Shown piece by piece: positions 7,749-16,829 of a stretch of DNA of 64,000 nucleotides. The notes under the pieces are model-generated. The model did not search any database and was not told the origin of the DNA. It saw only the letters and a program-made list of their open reading frames with translations. The stretch is from a virus: UHGV virus genome UHGV-1378516. One strand, written 5' to 3'. Each line of letters starts with the position of its first letter. Within the stretch, counting starts at the first letter, position 1. The position numbers and the translations under genes were made by a program.

Positions 7749-8120
7749 TTATTTTTTAAGCGTTGCTACAGCAGAGAATGTTGGTTTGTTATCTGTCTGA
7801 GACTGACCAACATTATCAGGGGTCTTCTTAGTGTCTGCTGCAATTGCTTTCATCTCACCCGCTGAGTGGGTCATGATAGTTTTACCAGCTTCCATCATCG
7901 ACTTCAGGTTTACATCGTCAGTCGTCAAACCGAACTCTGCAAGCTTAGCAGCGTCCCTTGTAACAATCGCTTCAAACAACTTTGCAGCAAACTCAGCAGA
8001 ATTATCAATGGTCAGTTGAGCTTTTACAAGTGAACTTTTGTTACGAGAGCCTTTTGGTCTTCCAGATGGGTTTCCAGATTGGCCTTTTTTAAACTGGCCT
8101 TTGTTTGTTCTGTTTTTCAT
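7749..8120 (-). CDS. hypothetical protein with N-terminal basic Gly-rich motif (GNPSGRPKG)
   Basis: 123-aa ORF; motif KGQSGNPSGRPKGSRNK common in phage proteins of unknown function. Confidence 0.5.
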   Translation of the reverse strand: MKNRTNKGQFKKGQSGNPSGRPKGSRNKSSLVKAQLTIDNSAEFAAKLFEAIVTRDAAKLAEFGLTTDDVNLKSMMEAGKTIMTHSAGEMKAIAADTKKTPDNVGQSQTDNKPTFSAVATLKK

Positions 8121-8248
8121 TGGTATGCCTCTTATAAGACCTCTTAAAAGGCTTTTAAGATAAAAGATAGATATCCAGAAAGATATCTGTTTAAATAGCC
8201 TTTTTAGAGGAACCTTTTAAGTTATCTTCTAAGTATTTATAAGCCTAC

Positions 8249-8280
8249 ACCTTGTCAAGTACTTTGTCAACAACTTTTTT
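8249..8280 (+). promoter_or_regulatory. promoter/operator-like element CCTTGTCAAGTACTTTGTCAAC (direct TTGTCAA repeat 11 bp apart) at head of plus-strand block
   Basis: Near-identical copy at 52571-52592 upstream of DNA polymerase gene; lies in divergent intergenic region. Confidence 0.35.
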
Positions 8281-8369
8281 AACTTGCAATAGTTCTTGAC
8301 TTGTTGTATGGATTACTGTACCATCTTACTTAAAGCTGTAGGTCTGCCTTGTTCTACAAAGGAGACTTA

Positions 8370-8531
8370 ATGAGAAAATCAAATAAACCGAAGAAAGGTA
8401 AGAATACCAATCACTGTAAGGAATCAAAAAGGGTAGAGTTAATCTACTATTCATCCTCTGAAATTGGTCTGTACCTGTTCTTTCAAAATTACAGAAGACA
8501 AGAGGATTATCTATGTGTAGTTCCCAATTAG
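8370..8531 (+). CDS. hypothetical small basic protein
   Basis: ATG at 8370 preceded by AAGGAGA RBS; within track ORF 8349-8531. Confidence 0.35.
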   Translation: MRKSNKPKKGKNTNHCKESKRVELIYYSSSEIGLYLFFQNYRRQEDYLCVVPN

Positions 8532-8746
8532 AAATCGCAGATATTATAGATTTATATCAAACTGCAAAGAGTCATGGCTATATAACCTCAATTGGAAAGA
8601 ATAGTCACTATGATGCTTTGACTGGAATGTATTTCAGGGCAATGGCTCAATCTAGTGAACAACACTTAATGGTTTCTTCCAGTGAGTTTACTTCGTTTCT
8701 CTATTGCAGCAAAATTATAAATCGCAGGAGAACTGAAAAATGTTAA
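8513..8746 (+). CDS. hypothetical protein (77 aa)
   Basis: ORF track; compact spacing. Confidence 0.35.
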   Translation: MCSSQLEIADIIDLYQTAKSHGYITSIGKNSHYDALTGMYFRAMAQSSEQHLMVSSSEFTSFLYCSKIINRRRTEKC

Positions 8747-9330
8747 CAGTAAGTTTTAATTACAATAGTGATGGCTCTGTATCAATTAATTCACCATATG
8801 CAAATGACCTACTTAAAGAGCTAGTCAATCAGTGTGATAGAGGTCTTCACTATGTTCAAAATTCTTTTAAACAGAAGACTATTGCTAATAACTTGATGCG
8901 TGTAACAGTAACGGCATCAAATCCAAATTATGACTTTGATAGTGAAAGTCCGTACTCATTAGTTGCGCTTGGAGAGAGCAGCCAATTCAAACTTGTTTGC
9001 CACGACTCAGAAACATTTCTTAAGGTATTTTCCAACCTTATCCATAATAATAAGTACAGCTACGTTGATGGTAGTGTAAATTTCTATCCAGCAAACTATA
9101 CATGTTTGTTGGTTGATAATATGAGAAAAAGTAAGCAAGAGCCTACGGAAATTTCATTTGATGTGAACTCTAGTCCAGACGCAGAAACAAGTAAGAACTT
9201 TGATATGAGTTACGCATTGTCACTCAGTAAGAAATCCGAGTTCATTGATTATGTCAATGGATTTGGTTTTAAGTTTGATGAGAGTATGAATCTTAAAAAA
9301 CTTAAGAACCTACTTAAGACCAAAGCTTAA
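8740..9330 (+). CDS. hypothetical protein (196 aa)
   Basis: ORF track. Confidence 0.5.
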   Translation: MLTVSFNYNSDGSVSINSPYANDLLKELVNQCDRGLHYVQNSFKQKTIANNLMRVTVTASNPNYDFDSESPYSLVALGESSQFKLVCHDSETFLKVFSNLIHNNKYSYVDGSVNFYPANYTCLLVDNMRKSKQEPTEISFDVNSSPDAETSKNFDMSYALSLSKKSEFIDYVNGFGFKFDESMNLKKLKNLLKTKA

Positions 9331-9377
9331 GTGTGAATAGGGGCTGATGCCCCTTTAACTATTTATAAGGATATTTA

Positions 9378-9749
9378 ATGAAAGCTAAGAGTGCAAAAGA
9401 CTTTTATTGCTTCCTACAATCCTATATCAATTCCGTGCAAAATGGTGAAAGGTACAACCTTAATGATGTTATCCCAACACCTTTGACATGGAGACTCAGT
9501 AAATGGCCTGAAGAAGATATTACACCAACAATCGAACAATGCACCTACAAACCCGAAATAAATATTCCAGACTCTGAGAATCTATTATATCCAATGTTCC
9601 ATATTGTTGGTCTTGGAAGATTCCTTATGGATATCCAGTATGTAATTGGTAAAGGTTATAAGGTTAAAGGTATTGTTGTTGGTGATGTATCTCCGCATCA
9701 CAAAGGTTATTTTAGACTAAACGCACATTTAGAGGCTAAAAAGAAATGA
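9378..9749 (+). CDS. hypothetical protein, paralogue of the N-terminal domain of the following Ig-like protein
   Basis: Shares motifs with 9746-11131 N-terminus (...FxxxxxxNVxxGxRY..., WPEE/WPEAD, DxxYxIG...). Confidence 0.5.
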   Translation: MKAKSAKDFYCFLQSYINSVQNGERYNLNDVIPTPLTWRLSKWPEEDITPTIEQCTYKPEINIPDSENLLYPMFHIVGLGRFLMDIQYVIGKGYKVKGIVVGDVSPHHKGYFRLNAHLEAKKK

Positions 9750-11131
9750 TTAAAGCAAAGACTTACCCAGACTTCAAAGAGTTTGTGAAGGGCTTCATTG
9801 CAAATGTAAAGGCTGGTAAGAGATATGATTTTAGAACATATCAAGAGGCTATTTTACCACTCACCTATAGTTCATATTGGCCTGAAGCTGATATTGCAGA
9901 AGTTGAGGAGTTTGACTACAAACCAGACTACAAAGTCCCATTTAGCGATGAGTTGCTTTACAGCGTTGGTGCTCAAATGAGAACTTCTGACTTCTTCATG
10001 GACTTACAATATACAATTATCAATGGTAAAGACGTTGATACAGTTTATTGTGAATGGCTGGCAAGAGTTAAACCGTTCTCAATGTTGAATGCTAAGTTGA
10101 AGGATGCTATCAAGCCACCAGCAATCACTCAGCAACCAACCAATCAAACAGTAAATGAAGGTGGTACACTTAACCTAAGCGTTATTGCAACTAATGCCAC
10201 AGGATATCAATGGAAAAAAGATGGTGAGGATATCACTAGCGCCACATCTGCAACCTACACAAAACAGTCTGTAGTACCTTCTGATGCAGGTTCATACACT
10301 TGCGTTGTATCTGGAGAGGCTGGAACAAGCGTTACCTCAGATGCGGCAACAGTTACTGTTAACGCACTACCTGTGATTACACAGCAACCTTCTAGCCAGA
10401 CCATCAATGAGGGTGGAAACATCAGCTTGGAAGTGACTGCAACGGGTGCAACTGGTTACCAGTGGAAGAAAGATGGCTCTGACATTCCTTCGGCTACAGA
10501 GGCTACCTATAGCAAGTCTGGTGCTCTGCCAGCAGATGCAGGTTCATACACTTGCGTCGTAACAGGGGCAGGTGGTTCTGTTACTTCTAGCCCTGCAACT
10601 GTCACGGTAAATGCTTTACCAGTTATTACCAAGCAGCCAACCAATCAGGTAGTTAATGAGGGTAGCTCTTTGACACTGAGTGTTGAGGCGACAGGTGCGG
10701 AAGGTTACCAGTGGAAAAAGGACGATGTGAACATCCCTAGTGCAACTGGTGCAACTTACACGAAAGCTAACGCAGTTCCTGACGATGCTGGTTCATATAC
10801 CTGTGTAGTTACTGGTGCTGGTGGCACAACAGTCACATCTAATGCTGCAACGGTTACTGTGAATGCACTTCCTGTAATCACTCAACAGCCAATCAATCAA
10901 GAAATCACTGAAGGTGAGACCTTAACGCTGAATGTTGTGGCAACAGGTGCAACAGGCTATCAGTGGAAGAAGGGTGAGGAAAACATCCCAGACGCAACTA
11001 CTGCAACTTACACCAAAGAAGGTGCAACCACTGCTGATTCAGGAAGCTACACTTGTGTAGTGACTGGCGCAGGTGGCTCTGTAACATCTAATGCGGCAAC
11101 AGTTACAGTTAACCCAGCAGGGGAGGCATAA
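9746..11131 (+). CDS. Ig-like (I-set/Big-like) repeat protein, 4 tandem ~82-aa domains; Hoc-like decoration or adhesin candidate
   Basis: Repeated unit P(V/A)ITQQPxNQxxNEGxxLxLxVxATGATGYQWKKDGxDIxSATxATYTKxxxxxxDAGSYTCVVTGAGGxxTSxxATVTVN. Confidence 0.65.
   Translation: MIKAKTYPDFKEFVKGFIANVKAGKRYDFRTYQEAILPLTYSSYWPEADIAEVEEFDYKPDYKVPFSDELLYSVGAQMRTSDFFMDLQYTIINGKDVDTVYCEWLARVKPFSMLNAKLKDAIKPPAITQQPTNQTVNEGGTLNLSVIATNATGYQWKKDGEDITSATSATYTKQSVVPSDAGSYTCVVSGEAGTSVTSDAATVTVNALPVITQQPSSQTINEGGNISLEVTATGATGYQWKKDGSDIPSATEATYSKSGALPADAGSYTCVVTGAGGSVTSSPATVTVNALPVITKQPTNQVVNEGSSLTLSVEATGAEGYQWKKDDVNIPSATGATYTKANAVPDDAGSYTCVVTGAGGTTVTSNAATVTVNALPVITQQPINQEITEGETLTLNVVATGATGYQWKKGEENIPDATTATYTKEGATTADSGSYTCVVTGAGGSVTSNAATVTVNPAGEA
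10123..11106 (+). repeat. 4 tandem ~246-bp coding repeats (Ig-like domains)
   Basis: Units begin near 10123, 10369, 10615, 10861. Confidence 0.7.
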
Positions 11132-11595
11132 TGCAACTCTCACAGAAAGGTTTAGAAGCTATTAAGTTCTTTGAAGGTCTGAAGCTAGAGGCTTACGAAG
11201 ATTCTGCTGGAATCCCAACAATTGGGTATGGGACTATCCGTATTGCTGGTAAGCCTGTTAAGATGGGTATGAGGATTACCGCTGAACAAGCTGAACAGTA
11301 TCTTCTCGCAGATGTTGAAAAGTTCGTTGCAGCAGTGAACAAAGCCGTCAAGGTTCCAACTTCTCAGAATGAGTTTGACGCACTTGTAAGTGAAACATAC
11401 AACATTGGCATCACAGCCATGCAGGACTCTACATTTATCAAGCGCCACAACGATGGTAATAAGGTAGGTTGTGCAGAAGCTATGCAGTGGTGGAACAAGG
11501 TTACAGTCAAAGGTAAGAAGGTCACTTCAAACGGCCTGAAAAACAGACGTAGAATGGAAGCTGACATTTATCTTGACAGTGTATACCCAAAGTAA
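11131..11595 (+). CDS. endolysin, T4-lysozyme-like (GH24) muramidase
   Basis: N-terminal signature EGLKLEAYEDSAGIPTIGYGT matching catalytic Glu/Asp/Thr region of T4 lysozyme; 154 aa. Confidence 0.8.
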   Translation: MQLSQKGLEAIKFFEGLKLEAYEDSAGIPTIGYGTIRIAGKPVKMGMRITAEQAEQYLLADVEKFVAAVNKAVKVPTSQNEFDALVSETYNIGITAMQDSTFIKRHNDGNKVGCAEAMQWWNKVTVKGKKVTSNGLKNRRRMEADIYLDSVYPK

Positions 11596-11605
11596 TATCT
11601 TCATA

Positions 11606-11632
11606 GGCTCCTTCGGGAGCCTTTTTTATTTT
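11606..11632 (+). terminator. rho-independent terminator
   Basis: Hairpin GGCTCCTTCGGGAGCC followed by TTTTTTATTTT. Confidence 0.7.
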
Positions 11633-11646
11633 CTAAGGAGAAAACT

Positions 11647-12045
11647 ATGAAACTTTGGGCTAGTGACTTTGGAACTTTTAAGTACACTCGTAATGGCTCG
11701 CTTGTACGCATTGTCGGGAACAATGTGGTTTCAAGAGGTGACAAGGTATATACACGGTTTACTGTAGAGCTTGTTGAACTGTCACCTATTGAGTCTGTGA
11801 ACAATGGCCTGTTCAAGTTTGAGACTTACAATGTCAACGAACATGGACAATTCAACCCTCTTGGTGAAAGTGGACTTGATATTATTTCAGAGCACCCATT
11901 GACAAAAGAGCAACTTGCAGGTTACTATAAAACTGTTCTGGAAAGGCAGTTAGCAACACATGAACAAGAAGCTAACTACCATTTACAGCATTGCGAAACT
12001 TTAAGAGCAAAAATCGAACAAGCAGAGAGAGGTTTTTATGAATAA
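11647..12045 (+). CDS. hypothetical protein (132 aa)
   Basis: ORF track; RBS AAGGAG upstream. Confidence 0.5.
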   Translation: MKLWASDFGTFKYTRNGSLVRIVGNNVVSRGDKVYTRFTVELVELSPIESVNNGLFKFETYNVNEHGQFNPLGESGLDIISEHPLTKEQLAGYYKTVLERQLATHEQEANYHLQHCETLRAKIEQAERGFYE

Positions 12046-12427
12046 AGAGATTCAAGTAAAAGTTGACACTTTTGGACATGATGGTCGAGAAGATGCTGGA
12101 CTTGCCGACGCAGTGATTTTTGAGTGTAATGGTAATATCAGTCTTCGCTTTACAGGCTCAGGTAGCACCCTTCGCAGAATGCGAGATGATGCAGATGGTT
12201 GCCCTGTATTTGGTTGGTATGACATGGAGTTCCCACTTTATGCAATCCATTATCCAGATGGTGGGGAAGATTGGACGACTCAATCAATCCGTGATGAGCT
12301 TAACGGTATTCCAGTTGAGCAAGAAGAGCAAGAACCTGTTGAACTCACCTTCACTTTTATCAAAGAAGAGAAAGTTGGTGATTTGTCTGTAACTGAAGCA
12401 ATTCAAGTCTCACAGGTTATTCGTTAA
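12038..12427 (+). CDS. hypothetical protein (129 aa)
   Basis: ORF track; overlapping start/stop. Confidence 0.5.
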   Translation: MNKEIQVKVDTFGHDGREDAGLADAVIFECNGNISLRFTGSGSTLRRMRDDADGCPVFGWYDMEFPLYAIHYPDGGEDWTTQSIRDELNGIPVEQEEQEPVELTFTFIKEEKVGDLSVTEAIQVSQVIR

Positions 12428-12720
12428 TGAGTAAAGTACAGGTTGTTTTCCCTATTTGTGACTTCTCACTAGAGCGTGAACTTGACCTGTACGAAGAAAT
12501 TACTGACGAAATTATCTGGTCTGTTGTAGAAGAGGCTATCAAGAAGCTGTATGGTGGCCTCTTAAACCCATCAAGTAAGAAGTTAAGCACTAAGCAAGTA
12601 GCTGACTCATATGTTTCATATGATGCCTACAACAAACCTTTTGAGAATACCTGCTTTGACCTTATGGTAGGTAATAATAAAGTCAACTATTTCTTCGTCA
12701 GAGAGTTTAACGATGAGTAA
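12427..12720 (+). CDS. hypothetical protein (97 aa)
   Basis: ORF track. Confidence 0.45.
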   Translation: MSKVQVVFPICDFSLERELDLYEEITDEIIWSVVEEAIKKLYGGLLNPSSKKLSTKQVADSYVSYDAYNKPFENTCFDLMVGNNKVNYFFVREFNDE

Positions 12721-13057
12721 GCTCCATGTCACAGTGTACAAAAACTTCTCAGATATCAAAGAGTCTTTAACAAATAAGCTTGACTTACAACGTAAAAGAC
12801 TCTTTTTAATGTACGACATAGACAACTACAACCATCCTAAAGAGTTTAACTACAAAGATGGTACAAAGGTTGTTGAGTTTGAAGATTCTGTGACGGTATA
12901 TGTCAAGCATGACTTACCAGCAAAGTACATAGGGATGTTAGAGTACTACATATTCAAACATACTGGTATGCGTGGTGAATCTGTTAAGATATCTTCTATA
13001 GAAGTTTTTGAGAAACCTAACACACAACTTAAAAAGTATTTAATGAGGAAACTGTAA
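12713..13057 (+). CDS. hypothetical protein (114 aa)
   Basis: ORF track. Confidence 0.45.
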   Translation: MSKLHVTVYKNFSDIKESLTNKLDLQRKRLFLMYDIDNYNHPKEFNYKDGTKVVEFEDSVTVYVKHDLPAKYIGMLEYYIFKHTGMRGESVKISSIEVFEKPNTQLKKYLMRKL

Positions 13058-13638
13058 TGTCAGAAGAACATGAGCATATCCAACCAGAAGTTACATTAGT
13101 AAAACATTTCGGAAATGTAGAAGGCTGTGTAGCACTTTTTCAGACCAACATCAATTCTCCAGTCAAACTGTGCAAATTGACGATAAACACCAACAACATC
13201 AGTGTATGTGTGAATGAAGAAGTCCAATACTTCAAATTCAATGATAAAGAGGTTGATGCTGCACTGCTGAAATACAGAGCAAATCTTGAAAAAGATATTG
13301 ACCATAAAGAAGTTGTGAGTCTCTTTGCAGACCTCCATAAGCTTCTTGATAAGGTTGAAAAAAGAACATATTACATGAATAACGGCTCTATCATCACCAC
13401 TATGATTTCACCATGTATCTCTGAGCCAATCTTCACAGATGATGGTGCTTATTATATTGTAGCTTCAGCAGTGTCTGATTGGTGGTTAAAAAATAACGCC
13501 CTGAAAACAGTGATTGATGCTATCAGAGAGCACATCCCTACATTTAGCCCGTGGAAGGGTAAAGGTGATGAATTTATCGCACTGTTGAGTGAAGAGAGCA
13601 ATAAGCGTAGCGCATTACTGCCTAAAAAATACTCTTGA
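13057..13638 (+). CDS. hypothetical protein (193 aa)
   Basis: ORF track. Confidence 0.5.
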   Translation: MSEEHEHIQPEVTLVKHFGNVEGCVALFQTNINSPVKLCKLTINTNNISVCVNEEVQYFKFNDKEVDAALLKYRANLEKDIDHKEVVSLFADLHKLLDKVEKRTYYMNNGSIITTMISPCISEPIFTDDGAYYIVASAVSDWWLKNNALKTVIDAIREHIPTFSPWKGKGDEFIALLSEESNKRSALLPKKYS

Positions 13639-13710
13639 CCGAGTATACAATATTGATTATGATGGGAGCTATCGAGAGGTAGTTCCCTTTTTAGTTTCTG
13701 GAGAATAGAT

Positions 13711-14256
13711 ATGGCTAAAGTGAAAGAACACGATAAAATTATTTTGTATGTTAAACAGAATCCTTCAAAGAGTGTTGAGGCTGTTGTAACACACATCTCA
13801 CACAATGGGATAGTTTATTTTCGACCACTGAAGAACTTAGACTTTGACACAACACCAAACCATACATTTAGTACTTCTGCAAGACTGTGTGCTGGAACTG
13901 TATACTCGACTGCTGAGATTGAGTCCTTATCTTTCACAGGTGCTTACAAGAACTTTATAGGTATTGCTTTAAAGGACTCTGAGGAATCTTTTAAATTTTT
14001 CATGGAGACCAATAAAGGTTGCTATGCACATGTTATGCCAGTCTATAAGAAAGTTGACACAGAACTTACAAGCAAGTGCGAAGAGATTAGCAGCGACCTG
14101 AAGGAGCGTAAAACAGCTATTCAGAATGCCATTTACATCATTGAGAGGGACCACTTAGAAGTTCTTTTCAGAGATATGCTAAAAGCAGGGTTTACTCCAA
14201 ACGAAATTACAAGAGAAACACAACGCCAGTTCAGAAATGCTATGGTGAAAGAATGA
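13711..14256 (+). CDS. hypothetical protein (181 aa)
   Basis: ORF track; GGAG RBS. Confidence 0.5.
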   Translation: MAKVKEHDKIILYVKQNPSKSVEAVVTHISHNGIVYFRPLKNLDFDTTPNHTFSTSARLCAGTVYSTAEIESLSFTGAYKNFIGIALKDSEESFKFFMETNKGCYAHVMPVYKKVDTELTSKCEEISSDLKERKTAIQNAIYIIERDHLEVLFRDMLKAGFTPNEITRETQRQFRNAMVKE

Positions 14257-14471
14257 AAAAACTAACTACAGTTGAAGATTACTACAAACTGTCCTTGTTA
14301 GAACAGTATCGCAGAAGCCAGAATATAAGAAAATGCTATGGTAAGCACGCTGAAGGTGACTTTTACCATTGTTACGATGCAGATTTAAAAGGTGTAACAC
14401 CTAGAGGAAAAGTTCTGCAAAGATTTGTTGACCTTGAATGGAACAAACGATTGAGAGGGGTTGGGAAATGA
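14253..14471 (+). CDS. hypothetical protein (72 aa)
   Basis: ORF track. Confidence 0.4.
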   Translation: MKKLTTVEDYYKLSLLEQYRRSQNIRKCYGKHAEGDFYHCYDADLKGVTPRGKVLQRFVDLEWNKRLRGVGK

Positions 14472-14971
14472 TTTACGAAGAAAGATATAAGATAGACTAT
14501 CAGGATACTCGCCACCACACTTCTTTAAGAGTAACCAAACCAAATGGGGATACTGGTATCATAGCACATTTTGGTGGTGATTATTGGTACGGTACAGGTT
14601 GCTTTGAAGGCTACACTCAAGAATACTTGAAAGCTTTCTACAGAGACTTTACAAATGACTACAACAGGGTTGTTGAAGAGAAGAATAAGTGCATTAAGCA
14701 TGAATACCACGCCAGAGGTTGTCTGAATATTGTTATGATACTGGTTTTCTTCTTAGCAACATTACTAGCCGTATCATCAATCAGCTACATAGCTCAAGAC
14801 TTGACCATTACACAGATTACTGCAAAGGTACATGATGTTTGGTACTTGTATGCTGTTCCTTTAGCTGTTATCATCATCTCACTAATGAGGTTCAGAGTTC
14901 ATAAGAAACGACTTAAGGACTCTGAGGTTAAACTTGAAGAGGTAAGTAAAGAATGCAACCTACAATTATAG
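14468..14971 (+). CDS. hypothetical membrane protein
   Basis: ATGA overlap start; hydrophobic segment NIVMILVFFLATLLAVSSISYIA. Confidence 0.45.
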   Translation: MIYEERYKIDYQDTRHHTSLRVTKPNGDTGIIAHFGGDYWYGTGCFEGYTQEYLKAFYRDFTNDYNRVVEEKNKCIKHEYHARGCLNIVMILVFFLATLLAVSSISYIAQDLTITQITAKVHDVWYLYAVPLAVIIISLMRFRVHKKRLKDSEVKLEEVSKECNLQL

Positions 14972-15047
14972 CCGTATGTGTTCGTTTTGCAATCGCTGAA
15001 ATGATTAACAAGGCAATCTTGAAAGATGCCTATGGAGAGACTAAGTA

Positions 15048-15272
15048 ATGATTAAGACACCTGTACCAATTTTTGGATTTCCTTCTATAGAAGAGTTCAA
15101 AGTTTATCTTGACAAAAACTTCTACAATGAGCAGCCTGTTACTTTACTGAAGAGTGACTTATCAGAGCTTCTTGATATGGTTATCAAGGCAACTTCTGAG
15201 AAGGAACCTGAGCAGAAAGCTGAGAAGAAGACTAGCAAGAAATCCGATAAGAAGACTGAAAAGTCTGAGTAG
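15048..15272 (+). CDS. hypothetical protein with Lys-rich C-terminus
   Basis: ORF track; tail EQKAEKKTSKKSDKKTEKSE. Confidence 0.4.
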   Translation: MIKTPVPIFGFPSIEEFKVYLDKNFYNEQPVTLLKSDLSELLDMVIKATSEKEPEQKAEKKTSKKSDKKTEKSE

Positions 15273-15327
15273 TAACTTGAGGGGGTTACTTGATAGCCCC
15301 TTTGTAGAAACTTAGAAGGTAGCGAAT

Positions 15328-15756
15328 ATGCAAATCATTGCTGGTCAAGAGCTTGACATCATAGATGCAAAAACACAGAAGTATATCGCAACAGTGAAGG
15401 TTATAGGGGTTAGGGATTGGAATACTGAATACCCCATTCAATGCCTTGTGCTGGAAAAGTTTAAAGCTAATGGTGTACACTTTTATCATGGTGACTACAT
15501 CAGCTTTAACAAAGACGGCTATTGGCAAGGTAAGAACCATCCTCAAGCAAATGAGTTTGATATGCGTCTAGTGATACCACAAAAAGGTAATCCACAAAAC
15601 GTAAAAGATATCCTTGTGGAAGCCTATGCAGAAGGTATAATAGATGTTGTGCATGATGTTGAAGAAGCTTTAAAACTCATTATGCCACATTTAGAATCTG
15701 GAAAGCTGACTTTAGAGATGCTTAATAGGGTTATTCGGAGAGCTTATGAAAATTAA
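15328..15756 (+). CDS. hypothetical protein (142 aa)
   Basis: ORF track; GAAGGTAG RBS. Confidence 0.5.
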   Translation: MQIIAGQELDIIDAKTQKYIATVKVIGVRDWNTEYPIQCLVLEKFKANGVHFYHGDYISFNKDGYWQGKNHPQANEFDMRLVIPQKGNPQNVKDILVEAYAEGIIDVVHDVEEALKLIMPHLESGKLTLEMLNRVIRRAYEN

Positions 15757-16210
15757 AGAAGTAGTTCAAAAAGCAATGCTTAACAATTCAACTAAAGATA
15801 AAATGTACAAAGAGATTTGTGATAAGCTGAGTTGTTCAAGACATGCTGCTAAGGCTCTTGTGCATTGCTTTATCTTGGAATGCTCAGAAGCTTATATGAA
15901 ACATATAGCTTTTGAAAGTTCTAACTTACTAGGTGATGTAGAAGTTGGTGAGAAGCTAAAAGAACCTGAAGTGAAAACAGTTCCTAAAGTTGGTAATGTA
16001 TACCGACTTAAAGACTTCAAGACTGGAGAGGTTGTTGCAAAAGGTGTAGTAGAGTCTGTTTATCATGACGGTAAATACCTATTTAAGATATTTGAGTGTG
16101 ATAGCATCTATTTACATTTGTTTGGTCTTACATTCTTAGTAACAGAAGAAGACCTCATTAAGAACAACGGCAACAAGTTTGCAGTTCCAGCTTACCAAGT
16201 TTTACGATAA
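15746..16210 (+). CDS. hypothetical protein (154 aa)
   Basis: ORF track. Confidence 0.5.
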   Translation: MKIKEVVQKAMLNNSTKDKMYKEICDKLSCSRHAAKALVHCFILECSEAYMKHIAFESSNLLGDVEVGEKLKEPEVKTVPKVGNVYRLKDFKTGEVVAKGVVESVYHDGKYLFKIFECDSIYLHLFGLTFLVTEEDLIKNNGNKFAVPAYQVLR

Positions 16211-16223
16211 TGGTGTGATAGCT

Positions 16224-16772
16224 ATGGAAAAAGATAACTTAAAAGATGTTGAAGGTAACTATCTAGTCCTTGATTGGAGTGATGCTCAAGAAGCACTCTC
16301 TGAAGAAAGTCTTGACAGATTAAAACAGATTGTTTTTGCAGTACGGGGTTACAGAGAAGTTAAAAATGGTAAAGACCCACTTGAAGGAGTCTTTGTAGAG
16401 AAATCTTATCCGTTCTATGAAGACACTTTGCAGAAAGTTAAGATGTACTTTAGACAGAAGAACCGTAAAGTGGTCACTATGGTATCTCTTGGTGGACAGA
16501 ATATGTCTGTGATGGAAGATATTAATCCTAAGAGACCGAGTAAAGGTATCTGTATAAAAATCACAGGACATGAAGAGTATATCTCAGTGGATGACTTTAG
16601 TGCATTCTGTAATGGCTCTTGCGTCTTTAATGGTTTTCACTATGATATCCGAGTGTACCCAATTAAGGGTGATGATATCATGATGCAGGTATTCGATAAT
16701 AACAATGGATTTACTCATTTTTATCAGACAACCAAGTCATCATTGAAAACAGTTCTGGAAACACTGATTTAA
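16224..16772 (+). CDS. hypothetical protein (start moved to internal ATG after upstream stop)
   Basis: Track ORF 16179-16772 overlaps previous gene; ATG at 16224 is first after stop. Confidence 0.45.
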   Translation: MEKDNLKDVEGNYLVLDWSDAQEALSEESLDRLKQIVFAVRGYREVKNGKDPLEGVFVEKSYPFYEDTLQKVKMYFRQKNRKVVTMVSLGGQNMSVMEDINPKRPSKGICIKITGHEEYISVDDFSAFCNGSCVFNGFHYDIRVYPIKGDDIMMQVFDNNNGFTHFYQTTKSSLKTVLETLI

Positions 16773-16783
16773 AATATCTTAAG

Positions 16784-16810
16784 AGCCCCCTTAATTGGGG
16801 GCTTTTTAAT
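16784..16810 (+). terminator. rho-independent terminator
   Basis: Hairpin AGCCCCCTTAATTGGGGGCT followed by TTTTTAATTTTT. Confidence 0.7.
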
Positions 16811-16829
16811 TTTTATAAAATTTTATCGG

